Positions 1 to 14,809 of a stretch of 64,000 nt of DNA are shown piece after piece; the first letter of the stretch is position 1, and each line of letters opens with the position of its first letter. Source of the DNA: Octopus vulgaris (Eukaryota). The notes beneath the pieces are model-generated. The model was not told the DNA's origin, did not search any database, and worked only from the letters and a program-made list of their open reading frames with translations. The position numbers were made by a program, and so were the translations under genes. The DNA is taken from the NCBI GenBank assembly GCA_951406725.2, contig OX597814.1:132308001-132372000 (forward strand). Reading direction: 5' to 3'.

Positions 1-1739
1 GGGTAAAGTTAATTAGTTATTAATCAATTTCATCAAGTGTTCAGTATGTAAAGGGACCATTATTATTTTGAGTAAACAATGTTAGAGGGAAAAAAATTCT
101 CTAAGTAGTGGAAGAGGCTAAAAAACTTTATTGGCTGCTATTTCTAGAAAGTTTAGTATGTGGCAAAGTAATTTATTTTATTTTCCTAAGCCCTAATTAT
201 ATAATATTTTATACATACATACACATACATAAGCACATACATTTACACATACATATGCATATACATATATACACATATACATACAAACACATATACACAT
301 ATACACACACACACACATACAAGCACATACATATATATATACATATATATACACATATATATACACATATATATATATATATATATACATGCAAACATAT
401 ATACATATATATTTTTTACATGCATACATACACACACACACACATAATACATGCGTATATTCCTACTGTACCCATGCATTTCTATACATATATACATACA
501 TACATACGATACACATATACAAGCGTGCACATATAATATGTGAAAGGTCTTAGGAGAAAAGGTAATCGGGGGTGCTAGGGGAACAGTGGGGTTGGGGGGG
601 GGGTTGTAGGGGGTTGTCATCAATCAGGTTGGGTAGGTCTATAGTTCTTTGTCGCGTACTTCTTATGCATACAGTTTGGGGAGTGTTCTGAAAATTTGTT
701 AAGGAGAGGCCTTTAACAAGATCTCTAGGCTCTCTATTGCATGGTCACAGCAGGTATGTCCTCTTGAGGCCTTCTGTAGTAGTTCCACTTGGTCTTGAAG
801 GGATTGAGTTCCTTTTAAGGTACCAGATGTGGGCGGCGAGGGTAGTTTGGTTGGAAATCCAACCAAACTACCCTCGCCGCCCACATCTGGTACCTTAAAA
901 GGAACTCAATCCCCTTCAAGACCAAGTGGAAACTACTACAGAAGGCGCGCTCGTACACAGGAGGACATACCTGCTGTGACCTATGCATATCAGAGAGCCT
1001 AGAGATCTTGTTCGCCAAAGGCCCTCTCCTTAACAAATTTTCAGAACACTCCCCAAACTGTATGCATAAGAAGTACGCGAACTACAAGAACTATAGACCT
1101 ACCCGGCAACCTGATTGATGACAACCCCCCTACAACCCCCCCCCCAACCCCACTGTTCCCCTAGCACCCCCGATTACCTTTTCTCCTAAGACCTTTCACA
1201 TATTATATGTGCACGCTTGTATATGTGTATCGTATGTATGTATGTATATATGTATAGAAATGCATGGGTACAGTAGGAATATACGCATGTATTATGTGTG
1301 TGTGTGTGTATGTATGCATGTAAAAAAATATATATGTATATATGTTTGCATGTATATATATATATATATATATGTGTATATATATGTGTATATATATGTA
1401 TATATATATGTATGTGCTTGTATGTGTGTGTGTGTGTATATGTGTATATGTGTTTGTATGTATATGTGTATATATGTATATGCATATGTATGTGTAAATG
1501 TATGTGCTTATGTATGTGTATGTATGTATAAAATATTATATAATTAGGGCTTAGGAAAATAAAATAAATTACTTTGCCACATACTAAACTTTCTAGAAAT
1601 AGCAGCCAATAAAGTTTTTTAGCCTCTTCCACTACTTAGAGAATTTTTTTCCCTCTAACATTGTTTACTCAAAATAATAATGGTCCCTTTACATACTGAA
1701 CACTTGATGAAATTGATTAATAACTAATTAACTTTACCC
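1..1739. repeat. Long fold-back inverted repeat (arms 1-855 / 858-1739, 2-nt loop)
   Basis: GGGTAAAGTT at 1 mirrors AACTTTACCC at 1730-1739. The centre is TTTGGTTGGA-AA-TCCAACCAAA at 846-867. ORFs 108+ and 1632- are mirror images. The repeat may extend left of the window. Confidence 0.95.
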
Positions 1740-1749
1740 TCCCTTGTTG

Positions 1750-1784
1750 ATATATATATACATATGTATATGTGTACATGTATG

Positions 1785-1823
<39 letters not shown>

Positions 1824-2355
1824 ATGTGTGTATGTATGTATTTGTATATGTGTGTGTGTATATGTATGTGTGCGCGTGTGTGTGTATGTTTGTGTATGTA
1901 TACTTGTATATGTATATGCATGAATGTATATATATGTGTGTGTATATGTGTATTATGTTTGTATTTATATAGATATGTAGTTTATATATATATATATGTA
2001 TGTATATGCATCTGTCTGTGTGTGTGTATGTGTATATATGCGTATCATTTTTGCGTATGTATACATGTATATGTGTATATGTATGTGTGTGTGTGTGTGT
2101 ACGTATGTATATATATATATATATATATGTATGTGTATATATGTGTGTGTATATATATATATATATGCATGCGTATGTGTATGTACATGTATATATGTAT
2201 GTGTGTATATGTATATATGTCTATATATGTGAGTATGTAGTAATATAAGTATATGCATGTGTATGTATGGGTATGTGTATCAGTGTATATGTATATATGT
2301 ATGTGTGTGTGTATGTATATGTATGTATATGTGTATATATGTATGCGTGTATGTG

Positions 2356-2386
<31 letters not shown>

Positions 2387-2447
2387 GTGTATATGTGTGT
2401 GTACGTATGTGTATGTATGTATGTGTATGTATGTCTATGTATGTATA

Positions 2448-2507
<60 letters not shown>

Positions 2508-3015
2508 TGCGTGTGTGTATGTATGCATATATGTATGTATGCATGTATATGTGTATGTATATATATGTGTGTAAGTGTGTGCATATATGTATTTGTAAGT
2601 ATGTGTGCGCGTATGAGTATGTATGTATGCTTGCACACGTGTATATATATATGTGTGTGTGTGTATTTATATGGATGCGCGTGCGTGTGTGCACGTGTAT
2701 GGGTACGCATGTATATGTGTATGTGCGTGTATGCGTATACGTGTATGTATGTATGTGTGTGCGTAGATTTGTATATGTATGTGTGAGTGTGTATATATAT
2801 ATATATATATATATACATATATATAGATGGGTGTGTGTATGCGTATAAATGCATGTAAGTATGGATGTATAGATGTATGTATGTATGTATACGTATGTAT
2901 GTGTGTATGTGTGTATGTATATATATGTGTGTGTATATATGTTTGTGTATGTATATATATGTGTATGTATGTGTGTGTATGTGTATGTGTGTAAGTGTAG
3001 GTATGTGTATATATG

Positions 3016-3067
<52 letters not shown>

Positions 3068-3330
3068 TATGTATCTGTATGTAGGAGTATATATGTGTGT
3101 GTGTGTATGTATATGCGGGTATATATATATATATATATATGTATATTTATTGGTGTATATGTATAGACTAGCCTCCTAAAGTGTAGACACGAATCTGTAG
3201 GTACGAGTACGTATGTGTATATACGTGAACGTATGTAGATGTTTGTATGTATGAATATAACGCGTGCGTACGTGTATGTGTATGAGTGTACGAATGGGTG
3301 AATGTACGTGCTAATGAGTGTGCGTGCGGG
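1750..3330. repeat. Compound (TA)n/(TG)n/(TATG)n low-complexity tract
   Basis: Read directly from the sequence. It is the source of many spurious YI/VC/HT ORFs. Confidence 0.95.
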
Positions 3331-3524
3331 AATGAGTACTTGCCTTCTAGTAGACAGACAAACGGACAAGCAGCTATTGCCAGGATTCTTAGCCCTAGCG
3401 ATCAAAGATAACAAAAGTAATAAATGAAGATAATAAAATTAAAATTAGGGAATGGGCCTGTATTGGATTGTATATATATATATGTATATGTATATTTGTA
3501 TGTATGTATGTGTGTATGTGTAGG

Positions 3525-3579
<55 letters not shown>

Positions 3580-4025
3580 AGATATATGTGTATGTGCGTA
3601 TGTGTGTGTAGATACGTATACATGTGTGTATAGGTATAAGTGAGAATCTCCTTATTTACCTATAACTCTATCCCCCCTTTTTTTATATATATATTTTATA
3701 TATATATTTTATATATATATTTTTTTTTATATATTTTTTTATATATATTTTTTATATTTTTTATATTTTTTATATTTTTTATATTTTTTATTTTTATTCT
3801 TTTATTTTATCCTTTTATTTTTTTATTTTTTATTTTTTTATTTTTTTATTACCTTGACCACTCCCCCAAGTATGATATTTTGCGCTATGCCTACCCCCAA
3901 AAAGTCCCCCACCACCACTCCTCTAAATGTATAAATGCTAATACAATTCTTGTTAAATAGCTTCCTGAAGATTTCTCTTGAATGAAACAGTACTAGTCCT
4001 GTAGAAGCTCCTTCTATATAATAAA

Positions 4026-4067
<42 letters not shown>

Positions 4068-4316
4068 ATTTCTAACTTTATTTTTGTAATTCTTATTTTT
4101 GTAGCTTTTATTTTTTCACTTTTTATTTGAATTTTTATTTGAATTATGGCTTGTACTGTAGGGTCCAGCGGACCTAATTTAAACATACGTATTTTACACA
4201 TGCTGAAGTGTTTTAAAAAATTTAAATATAGTCTATAGTATTGGACGATGATAAAGTGATATAAGTGCCTAATGATTGGGGTTACATTTCATATATACAT
4301 ATAAACATATATCTAT

Positions 4317-4347
<31 letters not shown>

Positions 4348-4688
4348 CATACATACCTATATATATATACATACACACACACACATATACATATATGTAT
4401 GATTTATTGATGAGAAACAATATTGTAAATTGATTACACCATCGGATAATACCGACCTCAGACTTCAGGGATATACTGGTAGATATGATGTGATGACACA
4501 AAGGAGATTCACAATTGAATGATCTTATGGAGAACTAAGTGTATTTGGAGGGGTTGGGAGTTATATAGATAGAGGTAAGTGGGAGGAGAAATTAATTTCA
4601 AGGTTAGGGTTTAATAATGGGACTATTCAGGATTTATAGTCGTAGAGGTGGAAGATGGGCGGATGACAGAAACATCGTTTCGGTTGAA

Positions 4689-5120
<432 letters not shown>

Positions 5121-6078
5121 GAATGGTTAGCTATGTTAGTATGTATGAAAGTTAGAGATTTTAAGGTTGAGAGGGTAGTAGAAAATGGTTGACTGGGTGA
5201 CCAAGAGCGAAGTGGGTAGTGGTGGTTTAAGAAATCTGGAAAACTTTAAAGAGGTGTGTATGAGAAAAAAAATTCTGTGTAGTATTTTCTATATAGTATG
5301 TTGCTATGCTGACTTTATCTTAGTTTAAGTTTATTTTGGGTATGGATACTTGAATTTAAGGGACTACATAGATTTAATGAAATAATAAAAGATGAATATT
5401 ACCTTTGTTTACAAGACTAAAGTACACCAGAGAATCTATTAAATAATAAAGAGTTAAGGAGGCAAAAATAGGGTAATGGTTAATTTACACATAACTTACT
5501 GAATATGGAATATTTTGAGATTTAAGATTGTATTCTCTCCTGTTTTATATTATGCATGTGTGGATTGTCTAATACAAATATTCGAGAACAGTGGATTGTG
5601 TTGTTATGTGTATTCGTATTTCTATTTCGATGCACAGATTTGTAAAACTACGTTATATTTTTTTATAATATCAACGATACTGATTGTATTTTCGAATCCA
5701 TATGATAATTAATGATAACACTCTCAATCAGAATTATTATGCTATTGTAGCGCACAAACTCACACACATACACACACACACATATACAAATATAAATATA
5801 TACGCGTGTATGGAGATATGCATATATTTACATGTATATAAGCATACATTTAAAAATAGATTCACACATACATTGGCAAAAAGAGAGAGAGAGAGAGTGA
5901 GTGAGTGAGTGAGTGAGTGAGTGAGTGAGTGAGACAGTCGGTCAGTCAGTCAGTAAGTGAATGAGTTGATGTGAGCAATACAAGTAGTATATTATACTTG
6001 ATTTCGTTTATTCATTTAGCTGTAGGTCATATCGAAACGTAACTACTCATTTTCACATATACATTTTATATCACGCAG

Positions 6079-6609
6079 GTACTCCTCCGAGTTGTGATCT
6101 TCCTCCTCACCAACGTCGTATTCTTCATATCCTCGGCGTCAATTCCTACTCAATGTAACATACCAAATGACTTGAATATTCGGTACGAGAAACTCTACAA
6201 CGCAGCGATCGGCAATAGCTTTTTTCTACCAGCTGAAATATCTCCAGCGGGAAGTGACCAACAAGCACTGACCGTAGGGGATAAAACTTGCCCTACATCT
6301 TCCGTATCTACTGATGTCATTCGCGAGCGTTCAACCTGCCCATGGTACCTGAAAATTACCCACAATTCCACATATTTTCCTCCATCACGCACAGAAGTCG
6401 TGTGTCGTTGTACAGACTGTCTGGACTCTGACAGTAACCACCAATGTGTGATGGTTTATACTCCAATGACTGTCCTGAAACGTACAGCTGAATGTGTTGA
6501 TGGACTGTACGTTTATAAACCAAGTGTCATCGAAGTAGCCACAGCCTGTGTGTGCGCACGGAAAGTCGATGTAATATCTGGAGGAAATGGCGATGAATAT
6601 GAATCGTAA
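6079..6609 (+). CDS. IL17: Interleukin-17-like cytokine, copy 1, main coding exon
   Basis: The acceptor TTTTATATCACGCAG ends at 6078. A hydrophobic signal-like stretch (VLLRVVIFLLTNVVFFISSA) is followed by IL-17 cystine-knot motifs RSTCPW, FPPSRTEVVCRC, HQCV and TACVC. Exon 1 was not found in the window. Confidence 0.9.
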   Translation, partial: VLLRVVIFLLTNVVFFISSASIPTQCNIPNDLNIRYEKLYNAAIGNSFFLPAEISPAGSDQQALTVGDKTCPTSSVSTDVIRERSTCPWYLKITHNSTYFPPSRTEVVCRCTDCLDSDSNHQCVMVYTPMTVLKRTAECVDGLYVYKPSVIEVATACVCARKVDVISGGNGDEYES

Positions 6610-8176
6610 TATCGGCCAACATCATCAAACATTCAAATGTGTGTAACACAAATGTTTTTCATAATGTTATGGAAGTTTAAGTAAACCACTGTGTGGTTGT
6701 TATAAGAAACACATACGAAACATGCACACACACACAAATTATACAAGCGTATATATATGTAAATAGGTGTTCTCTCGCTATTTCTTTCTTTCGCTCTCAT
6801 TCGCCCTCTCGCTCTCTCTTTGTGTTTATAGATACACACAACACACACACAAACACACCTACAAAGTCACTCACATACGCACATATACATACAAACATAA
6901 ATATATACGTGCATATAGAATTATGCATAAATTTACATGCATTCATTTAAAAACTACATTCTTACATACATTGACAAAAGACAGATCTCTAAATGAAATA
7001 TATTTCTTGCTATTTTGTTTTTCTATTTTGTAAAGAATGTAGGGAAGTCTTATCTTGCCTACCATCATATTTAACTCAATTAACATTTCCTTTTTTTTTT
7101 AACCTAAACCCATATCCGGATTCTTTATATATAAATAATTGAAACCGATAAATTGTGTTGAATGAATTTACTTATACGTTACATGTCCCTAACACTAAAT
7201 ACTTCGATATTCATGGTTTAATCCTCATTATAAGAATCAACAATGAATAGAAATACAGAGACCTGCATACACATGAAAGTGCACACGTTATCTTACTTTG
7301 CTGGCATTCTGATAATAATGGTAATAATTCTGGTAATAATGATCAACATTTCATTCCATTTGAGTAACATTTCGAAAATATTGGAAGAATATTCATAAAT
7401 GTTAAGGAGTGCATATCTGACTGTCATTTTGTTTTATACATATAAGTGAGGTAGAATTACAGCAGTTTCATAAAGTTCTTCAAGTATTAATTTCACTATG
7501 CAACGATTTATATTTACATGTTTCCTTTCTTATCATTGCTCATCTTTAACAAAACAATTTTATATTCACAAATTGATTGAAATAAAGAAAGCTAGCGTCC
7601 GTAGTTATTTGACATGACACTACGTTGTATTTCATGATCATGTGAACTAATAGATTCTCTGAATCCATATCCATATCCTATGCTCACTTAAACACTAGTA
7701 CTCAGTCCAGCAGAAAATTAACACACATAATAATGTTTATGTAATATTTACATAAATATTTAATTCTAACTGATATATAACTTTGAAACACAATATATAT
7801 AAGCATTTTTGTATATATTTTAACATAATTTCATATATTTATGCTAGCAAATGTAGGCGTGAGCGTTGGTGTGTATGTGTATTTGCAGGCACACAAGCAC
7901 CTTCACATACACACACACACGCACGCACACACACACATACACACACATACACACACATATATATATATCATAATAACTGAATAAACATTTTCTAAAGTTA
8001 TATTATTTAATTTTTTCTATGTATATACTTACAATTATATTTATCATCCGTAGAATGACTGTAAAACTGTTTGAATATATTTTTCTCTTGCTTTTCTATA
8101 ATGCAAAACCTAAGACATATATATGTTAATTTGTATCATATATTTATTGTATTGAAAACAATTGGATTTTAATATC

Positions 8177-8182
8177 AATAAA
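8177..8182 (+). promoter_or_regulatory. Candidate polyadenylation signal for IL-17 copy 1, after a long AU-rich 3' flank
   Basis: AATAAA lies at the equivalent position downstream of copies 3 (~34022) and 5 (~57712), with ATTTA motifs in between. AT-rich DNA makes this weak evidence. Confidence 0.3.
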
Positions 8183-8930
8183 ACATTTATTTCAATACAT
8201 AACGTGTCCTTTGCATTGTTCATATTTTCATTCTCTGATCTGAATAAAACCTGTTAACCTCCACTCACTGACTGCATTACTCGCTGAACATGAATGAATA
8301 CACTATACCCTAGTAATATGCAGTTAAATTTAGTGAAGCAATTTTCCTGCTACACTCTGGAAGGAAAAGCCCTTTCGAGATAACACTATCACTGTTTATA
8401 CAGACTGACCTTGTCTCTGTGCCTATGAAACATTTAATCCAGGTATAAATTTCGCGGTATTTCCTCGCTAGTACTGCACACTATATATTCACCTCTGATA
8501 CGAACGAACTTGGACAAGAATCGAAGTAATGCACGAAAAATAGTTTTCAACTTGCTTAACATTTTACGATAACAATACTTCAAGAAGTCTAAAAAACAAT
8601 GAAAAATCTCAAAATCCACATTTTTCAAATTATTTTATCCAAGTAAGTTAAGGAATAATGCTACAAAATAATGAATTCATAATTCCAGATGTTATTTGAG
8701 AACATGGACATTTGGAAACTTAAATAAGCACCAAAGAATCATATAAAACACGCCTAGTACATAATACAAGTTTAGTTCCAAGACCTATATTGTTTCTGCA
8801 AACAAAATAAGCAAATCTTTCGTCAGCCAATCTCTATATAGAAGAAGGTAAACAAATCAAATACATTAGCAAGGAAATCAAAAAGAAAAACGTACGTATG
8901 AAGATAAAGACAACCCAAATAATTCGGCAA

Positions 8931-9677
<747 letters not shown>

Positions 9678-9678
9678 C

Positions 9679-9821
<143 letters not shown>

Positions 9822-9884
9822 GCATGTCATAGATCATTATCTAATTTTTTTGTTTATTCTTTAAATTATATTATTTACTATATA

Positions 9885-10860
9885 TCATCATGATCAACTT
9901 GACCGACCAGTCCGTCAGGCATCCATTTGACACCGCTGGTCACAGCACGCTGTCCACTCTTCTCTGGATCGGGCCTTTCCCAACCACGTGATCCTAATCG
10001 TCCTCCTGAAATCGTAACTCCACCATCATGGAGGTCTTCCGTGTTGTCTTTTCCGCTCGCACGGCTACCACTCGAAAACTGCGTGGGTCCACCGATTATC
10101 GGTGAGCCTGGTGACGTGTCCAGCCCATCTATACTTGCTGCATGTATACTCTGCGATGACATCTCTCACGCCGGACTTCTTTCTGATGATCTCGCTACTG
10201 ATGTGCTCTCTCAACGAGATACCAAGCATTGACCTTTCCATGGCCCTTTGAACCTTTACCAGTCTTTGCTCTTCTCTCTTTGTGGTAGCCCATGTTTCAC
10301 TACCATATAACATTGCAGGCAGAACTGCACTGTGAATGAGGTTGGCGTGGGTGGTCCTGTCCAAACTTCCCTTGAGCACATCCTTTATGCCATTAAACGC
10401 CTTCCAACCGGCCCTTACTCTCCGTGAGATATCCTTTTCGATATCTCGGCACATATTCACTTCCTCTCCCAGGTAGACATATTCCATTTCCTCCTCTATT
10501 TCATCACAGCCGATCACCATTCGACCTGTTGGTACGTTGTCTGACCGCATGAACTTTGTTTTCATCTTGAGACCTGCTGCACAGCTTTTGATATCGAGCT
10601 CCGTCAGCATGGTCTGAAGCTGATCCGTGTTTTCAGCGATGAGTACGATGTCGTCAGTGAAACAGAGGTGTGTGAGGAGCTCGCCATTGATGTTGACACC
10701 ACCTTGCCAGTCGATGCCTCTGATGATCTATTCGAGACATGCAGTGAAATGTTTTGGGGAGATTGTATTTCCCTGCTTCAATACCTTCTCGACCGGCACT
10801 CGTATGGGTGATGACAGTAGAGCTATGTCGGTGGTGCATCCGGAATTTGGCTCTTCTTAA
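9885..10860 (-). mobile_element. RTE-clade LINE, 3' fragment (RT C-terminus)
   Basis: ORF 10065-10610 contains YVYLG, ISRRVRAGWKAF, LYGSETW, QRAMERSMLG and KYRWAGHV..DNRW. It is 5'-truncated with frameshifts. Confidence 0.85.
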
Positions 10861-10863
10861 TTC

Positions 10864-10911
<48 letters not shown>

Positions 10912-11100
10912 GATATTAGGGAATAAATCCAAATTTACAGGGAAAAATCAGATTTAGGATTGAATCCAATTTTATAGTAAAATATAATATAATATTATTA
11001 GAGACAAAACCACTTAATTATATTTAATTTATATAAAAATTTTTATGTATTGGATTAAGTCTTTCTTTGTTTGATTTGCATAATAGTGGTTTTGTCTCTA

Positions 11101-11147
<47 letters not shown>

Positions 11148-11149
11148 TA

Positions 11150-12550
11150 TATTTAGTGAAGGGAAGAAATGGAGCCGAACGAAGATTCTACAAAATTCCT
11201 TTTTATTATTTTCTACACATGTTTCAAAGGCTGCAAATTCCCAAATTCGGATTGAATAAGGAGACCATTCTGCAGCTTTCTCTTCAGGAAAATCCAGGAA
11301 TTTAAAATCTCGAAACAAATGCGCAGCAAGCATTTCGAACAAAACGCTCCCTAGGAGCCCATGGTAAAAATGGCACAAAACTGTCTCTCAATATGCGCTG
11401 ACGTCAGAGTGGGTGAAGGCCGACGAAAAAACCGTTGGAATAGACCTAGGTCAAACTACGGTCAAATCAGGTAGGGGAGGAATCACAGAAAACCCAAAAG
11501 TGTGAATATATTCTGTATAACTAGTGTTAATGTTCAAATTGTCTTAAGAATGACAGTTATCTTATTTGGGTGTGAGGAACTACCTACATGTATGTGTGTG
11601 TGTATGCGCCTATGTATGTGTGGCAGTATGTTAGGAAGCAGCTAGAGAGAAAATATATTGTATTGTAGGCATTGCTGGTCAAGCGGCTGATAAAATTCTG
11701 TGTCTGTGTGTTCGTCTATGACCAGTTTATATACAGATGACTTGTCAAAAAACAGGGGAGTATAATCCCTGATATTGTTTCTAAAAAAAGTAGCAGAACA
11801 TACGCTAAAAGGGGAGTAATTTCCCTTTCAAATTTAATTCAAAATTTTTTCCAAATTTCTTCCAAACAATTTTTTTCCTTTTCTTATGACATCAAGGTGT
11901 TAATTATCTTAGGCTTCAATTGTATGCAAGAAATGTCAGTCGCCTCCAGTGGGGACATCTGAAAGAGTGTTGCAAAATCCCGTTCACTAGCTGCCCTCGG
12001 GCGAACAAAATGTGAAAAAGTTCAGAGTTACAGAGATTACAGATTCTTTTGCCCCTATCAAACGGTACAGCCACCGATAAAATCGACCATTCCAGTCTAA
12101 ATGCTGAATTCGCGTTCTTCAAACGCCAGATTAATTTACTTAGTCCGGTAGCGTGTTGTTTTCTAAAATCGCGAAAAGTTGTGAAGTGGTTCGATATTCT
12201 CACGGCCAATTTTGATGATGACGCTCCGATATACGAGTAGACATCCGATCCAGTATAAACTCTGCATTGGTAAATGGCATTTCTAATCTTGGAATTACTA
12301 GAGAAGAACCTTATTCTATTGGGATTGGCTTCCGATATTAACACGGCGTTCTTATTACTATTATGATTGTGAGAACTACGACTGTCTTCGACATTATACA
12401 CCCCATTATCAATACTATTTAATGGAATATCACCTATATATTCCCTGCCACTGAGATCGATGTGATTGCTAATTTCCGTGATGCTACTGTTGTCAAACCC
12501 GTTGCTAAAATTGTTATTGGGACTCTCTACATTAATGACTCGGACAGTGT
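11150..12550 (-). mobile_element. Penelope-like element, 3' part (GIY-YIG endonuclease ORF 11916-12401 plus 3' region)
   Basis: AIY..YIG, R-ISNH, LSKLIW, WSIL and CNLC..E..CPH match the GIY-YIG domain of Penelope-like elements. No RT is present. Confidence 0.85.
11208..11293 (-). ncRNA. Type I hammerhead ribozyme motif
   Basis: The minus strand reads AUUUUC-CUGAAGA-[GAAAGCUGCAGA...UUUGCAGCCUUU]-GAAAC-AUGU-GUA-GAAAAU. Confidence 0.75.
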
Positions 12551-12672
12551 TCTGTTGGCCTGCTCGCTTAGCCAGCGGGGTGGCGTCATTTGAAGCCTAA
12601 AACATTGCGAACGCAATGTGACCAGCGATGTGTAACAACATCTGATGGTCTGGTCGGTCACATGATCACGTG

Positions 12673-12675
<3 letters not shown>
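12551..12675 (+). mobile_element. 3' remnant of the second SINE family
   Basis: Matches the 3' end of the complete SINE at 39762-40050. Confidence 0.75.
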
Positions 12676-12714
<39 letters not shown>

Positions 12715-13745
12715 CATATATTGACTTGACCGGTTTCACATTTTCAAAAAAAGATTATCAAAAGTAAAATATAAAACTTTGTATAAGCTTTGATGTGTTA
12801 AAATTGGTTATCATAATTATATTTAAATCCAGTTATGCAGTCTTTGATCATGATGAGAACATGTTAAGAAGGTCTTTGAAAAGTGTAAATCCCAAGTCAG
12901 TACCCTCTTTGATATGGTGTATATCTTCAGTGCTGATATCAGAATGGAATGAATTGTGTTCGTCTTGAAGAGACTAACGCATCTGTGTATGGACGAGCTA
13001 GAGATACCATCGGGGGAGGTATTGAAGCTAATAGAAGACACAGGCTATATGTACTTGGGGATATTGGAAATGGATAAATTGGTGGAGGAAGAAACGACAG
13101 GACAATTTAAGGTGGAGTACTTGCACAGACTAAGACTGATCCTTAAGTCAAAATTAAGCAGTTGAAATACGATTGAAACTATCAAAATCTGGGAGGTGTC
13201 AGTCTTTGGATATGGAACGGGCTTAATCGCATAGAAAGTAGACGAACTAAACAGCTTAGAGAGAAACACAAGTAAGTTGCTGATTAGATATGGGTTACTC
13301 CACCCAGAAAGTGACACAAGCAGACTGTATGTACCATTAAAAAGAGCGGGAAGTGGACTGATTGAATACGAAGACAGCATTAGAGCAGAAGAAAACATTA
13401 TAGCGTTGTATGCAAAAAAAGCCACAGAACCGCTATTATTGGAAATAGGAAGGTTGCGCTTGTTTAGGATGGAAGATTGCAAAGATAAAGCACTGTTCAA
13501 GCACTTGAGAATGAATGAAACTGAAAATTCGTGGCTAAAGGAGAATGCATGGACATTTTGATAAGGATGTTGAAGATAAAACAGGCAGAAAAAAAATGAA
13601 GATTGTTATGAATCACTAAAGTCGATTTAAACCCAGAAACGGTGGTTTTAATTTGCGCTGCCCGCGAGCAAGCATGAAATACCAATTACGAGGGACAGTT
13701 CAATAAGTAATGTCCCTGACCCACTTGCAATTGTTTGATCACGTG

Positions 13746-13788
<43 letters not shown>

Positions 13789-14809
13789 TATATTGACTTG
13801 ACCGGTTTCACATTTTCAAAAAAGATTATCAAAAGTAAAATATAAAACTTTGTATGAGCTTTGTTGTGTTAAAAATGGTTATCATAATTATATTTAAATC
13901 CAGTTATGCAGTCTTTGATCATGATGAGAAAATGTTAAGAAGGTCTTTGAAAAGTGTAAATCCCAAGTCAGTACCCTCTTTGATATGGTGTATATCTTCA
14001 GTGCTGATATCAGAATGGAGTGAAGTGTGTTCGTCTTGAAGAGACTAACGCATCTGTGTATGGACGAGCTAGAGATACCATCGGGGGAGGTATTGAAGCT
14101 AATAGAAGACACAGGCTATATGTACTTGGGGATATTGGAAATGGATAAATTGGTGGAGGAAGAAACGACAGGACAATTTAAGGTGGAGTACTTGCACAGA
14201 CTAAGACTGATCCTTAAGTCAAAATTAAGCAGTTGAAATACGATTGAAACTATCAAAACCTGGGCGGTGTCAGTCTTTGGATATGGAACGGGCTTAATCG
14301 CATAGAAAGTAGACGAACTAAACAGCTTAGAGAGAAACACAAGTAAGTTGCTGATTAGATATGGGTTACTCCACCCAGAAAGTGACACAAGCAGACTGTA
14401 TGTACCATTAAAAAGAGCGGGAAGTGGACTGATTGAATACGAAGACAGCATTAGAGCAGAAGAAAACATTATAGCGTTGTATGCAAAAATGCCACAGAAC
14501 CGCTATTATTGGCTATAGGAAGGTTGCGCTTGTTTAGGATGGAAGATTGCAAAGATAAAGCACTGTTCAAGCACTTGAGAATGAATGAAACTGAAAATTC
14601 GTGGCTAAAGGAGAATGCATGGACAATTTGATAGAGATGTTGAAGATAAAACAGGCAGAAAAAAAATGAAGATTGTTATGAATCACTAAAGTCGATTTAA
14701 ACCCAGAAACGGTGGTTTTAATTTGCGCTGCCCGCGAGCAAGCATGAAATACCAATTACGAGTGACGTTCAATAAGTAATGTCCCTGACCCACTTGCAAT
14801 TGTTTGATC
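12668..14809. repeat. ~1.07-kb direct tandem duplication (12668-13740 / 13741-14809)
   Basis: ORFs at 12956 and 14027 are duplicates. The first copy ends in ~50 bp of the mariner left end, with a TGATC junction microhomology. Unit B has a single copy. Confidence 0.85.
12880..13687 (+). mobile_element. R4/Dong-like (RLE-type) non-LTR retrotransposon fragment, duplicated copy
   Basis: YMYLGILEMD..EYLHRLRLILKSKL and YGLLHPESDTSRLYVP..GSGLI, interrupted by stops. Confidence 0.7.

Noticed and set aside
567-615. G-run cluster with G-quadruplex potential
   Set aside because: It lies inside a repeat or possible artefact arm, with no functional context.
108-3960. Numerous long ORFs rich in YI/HT/VC/MY
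   Set aside because: These are translations of (TA)n/(TG)n/(CA)n microsatellites, which lack stop codons. The same applies at 9.2-9.9, 23.6, 25.2, 27-28.4, 43, 49-53.6 and 60-61 kb.
6195-6392. Antisense ORFs over IL-17 exons (MRDGGKYVELW...)
   Set aside because: These are shadow frames, conserved only because the exons are near-identical.
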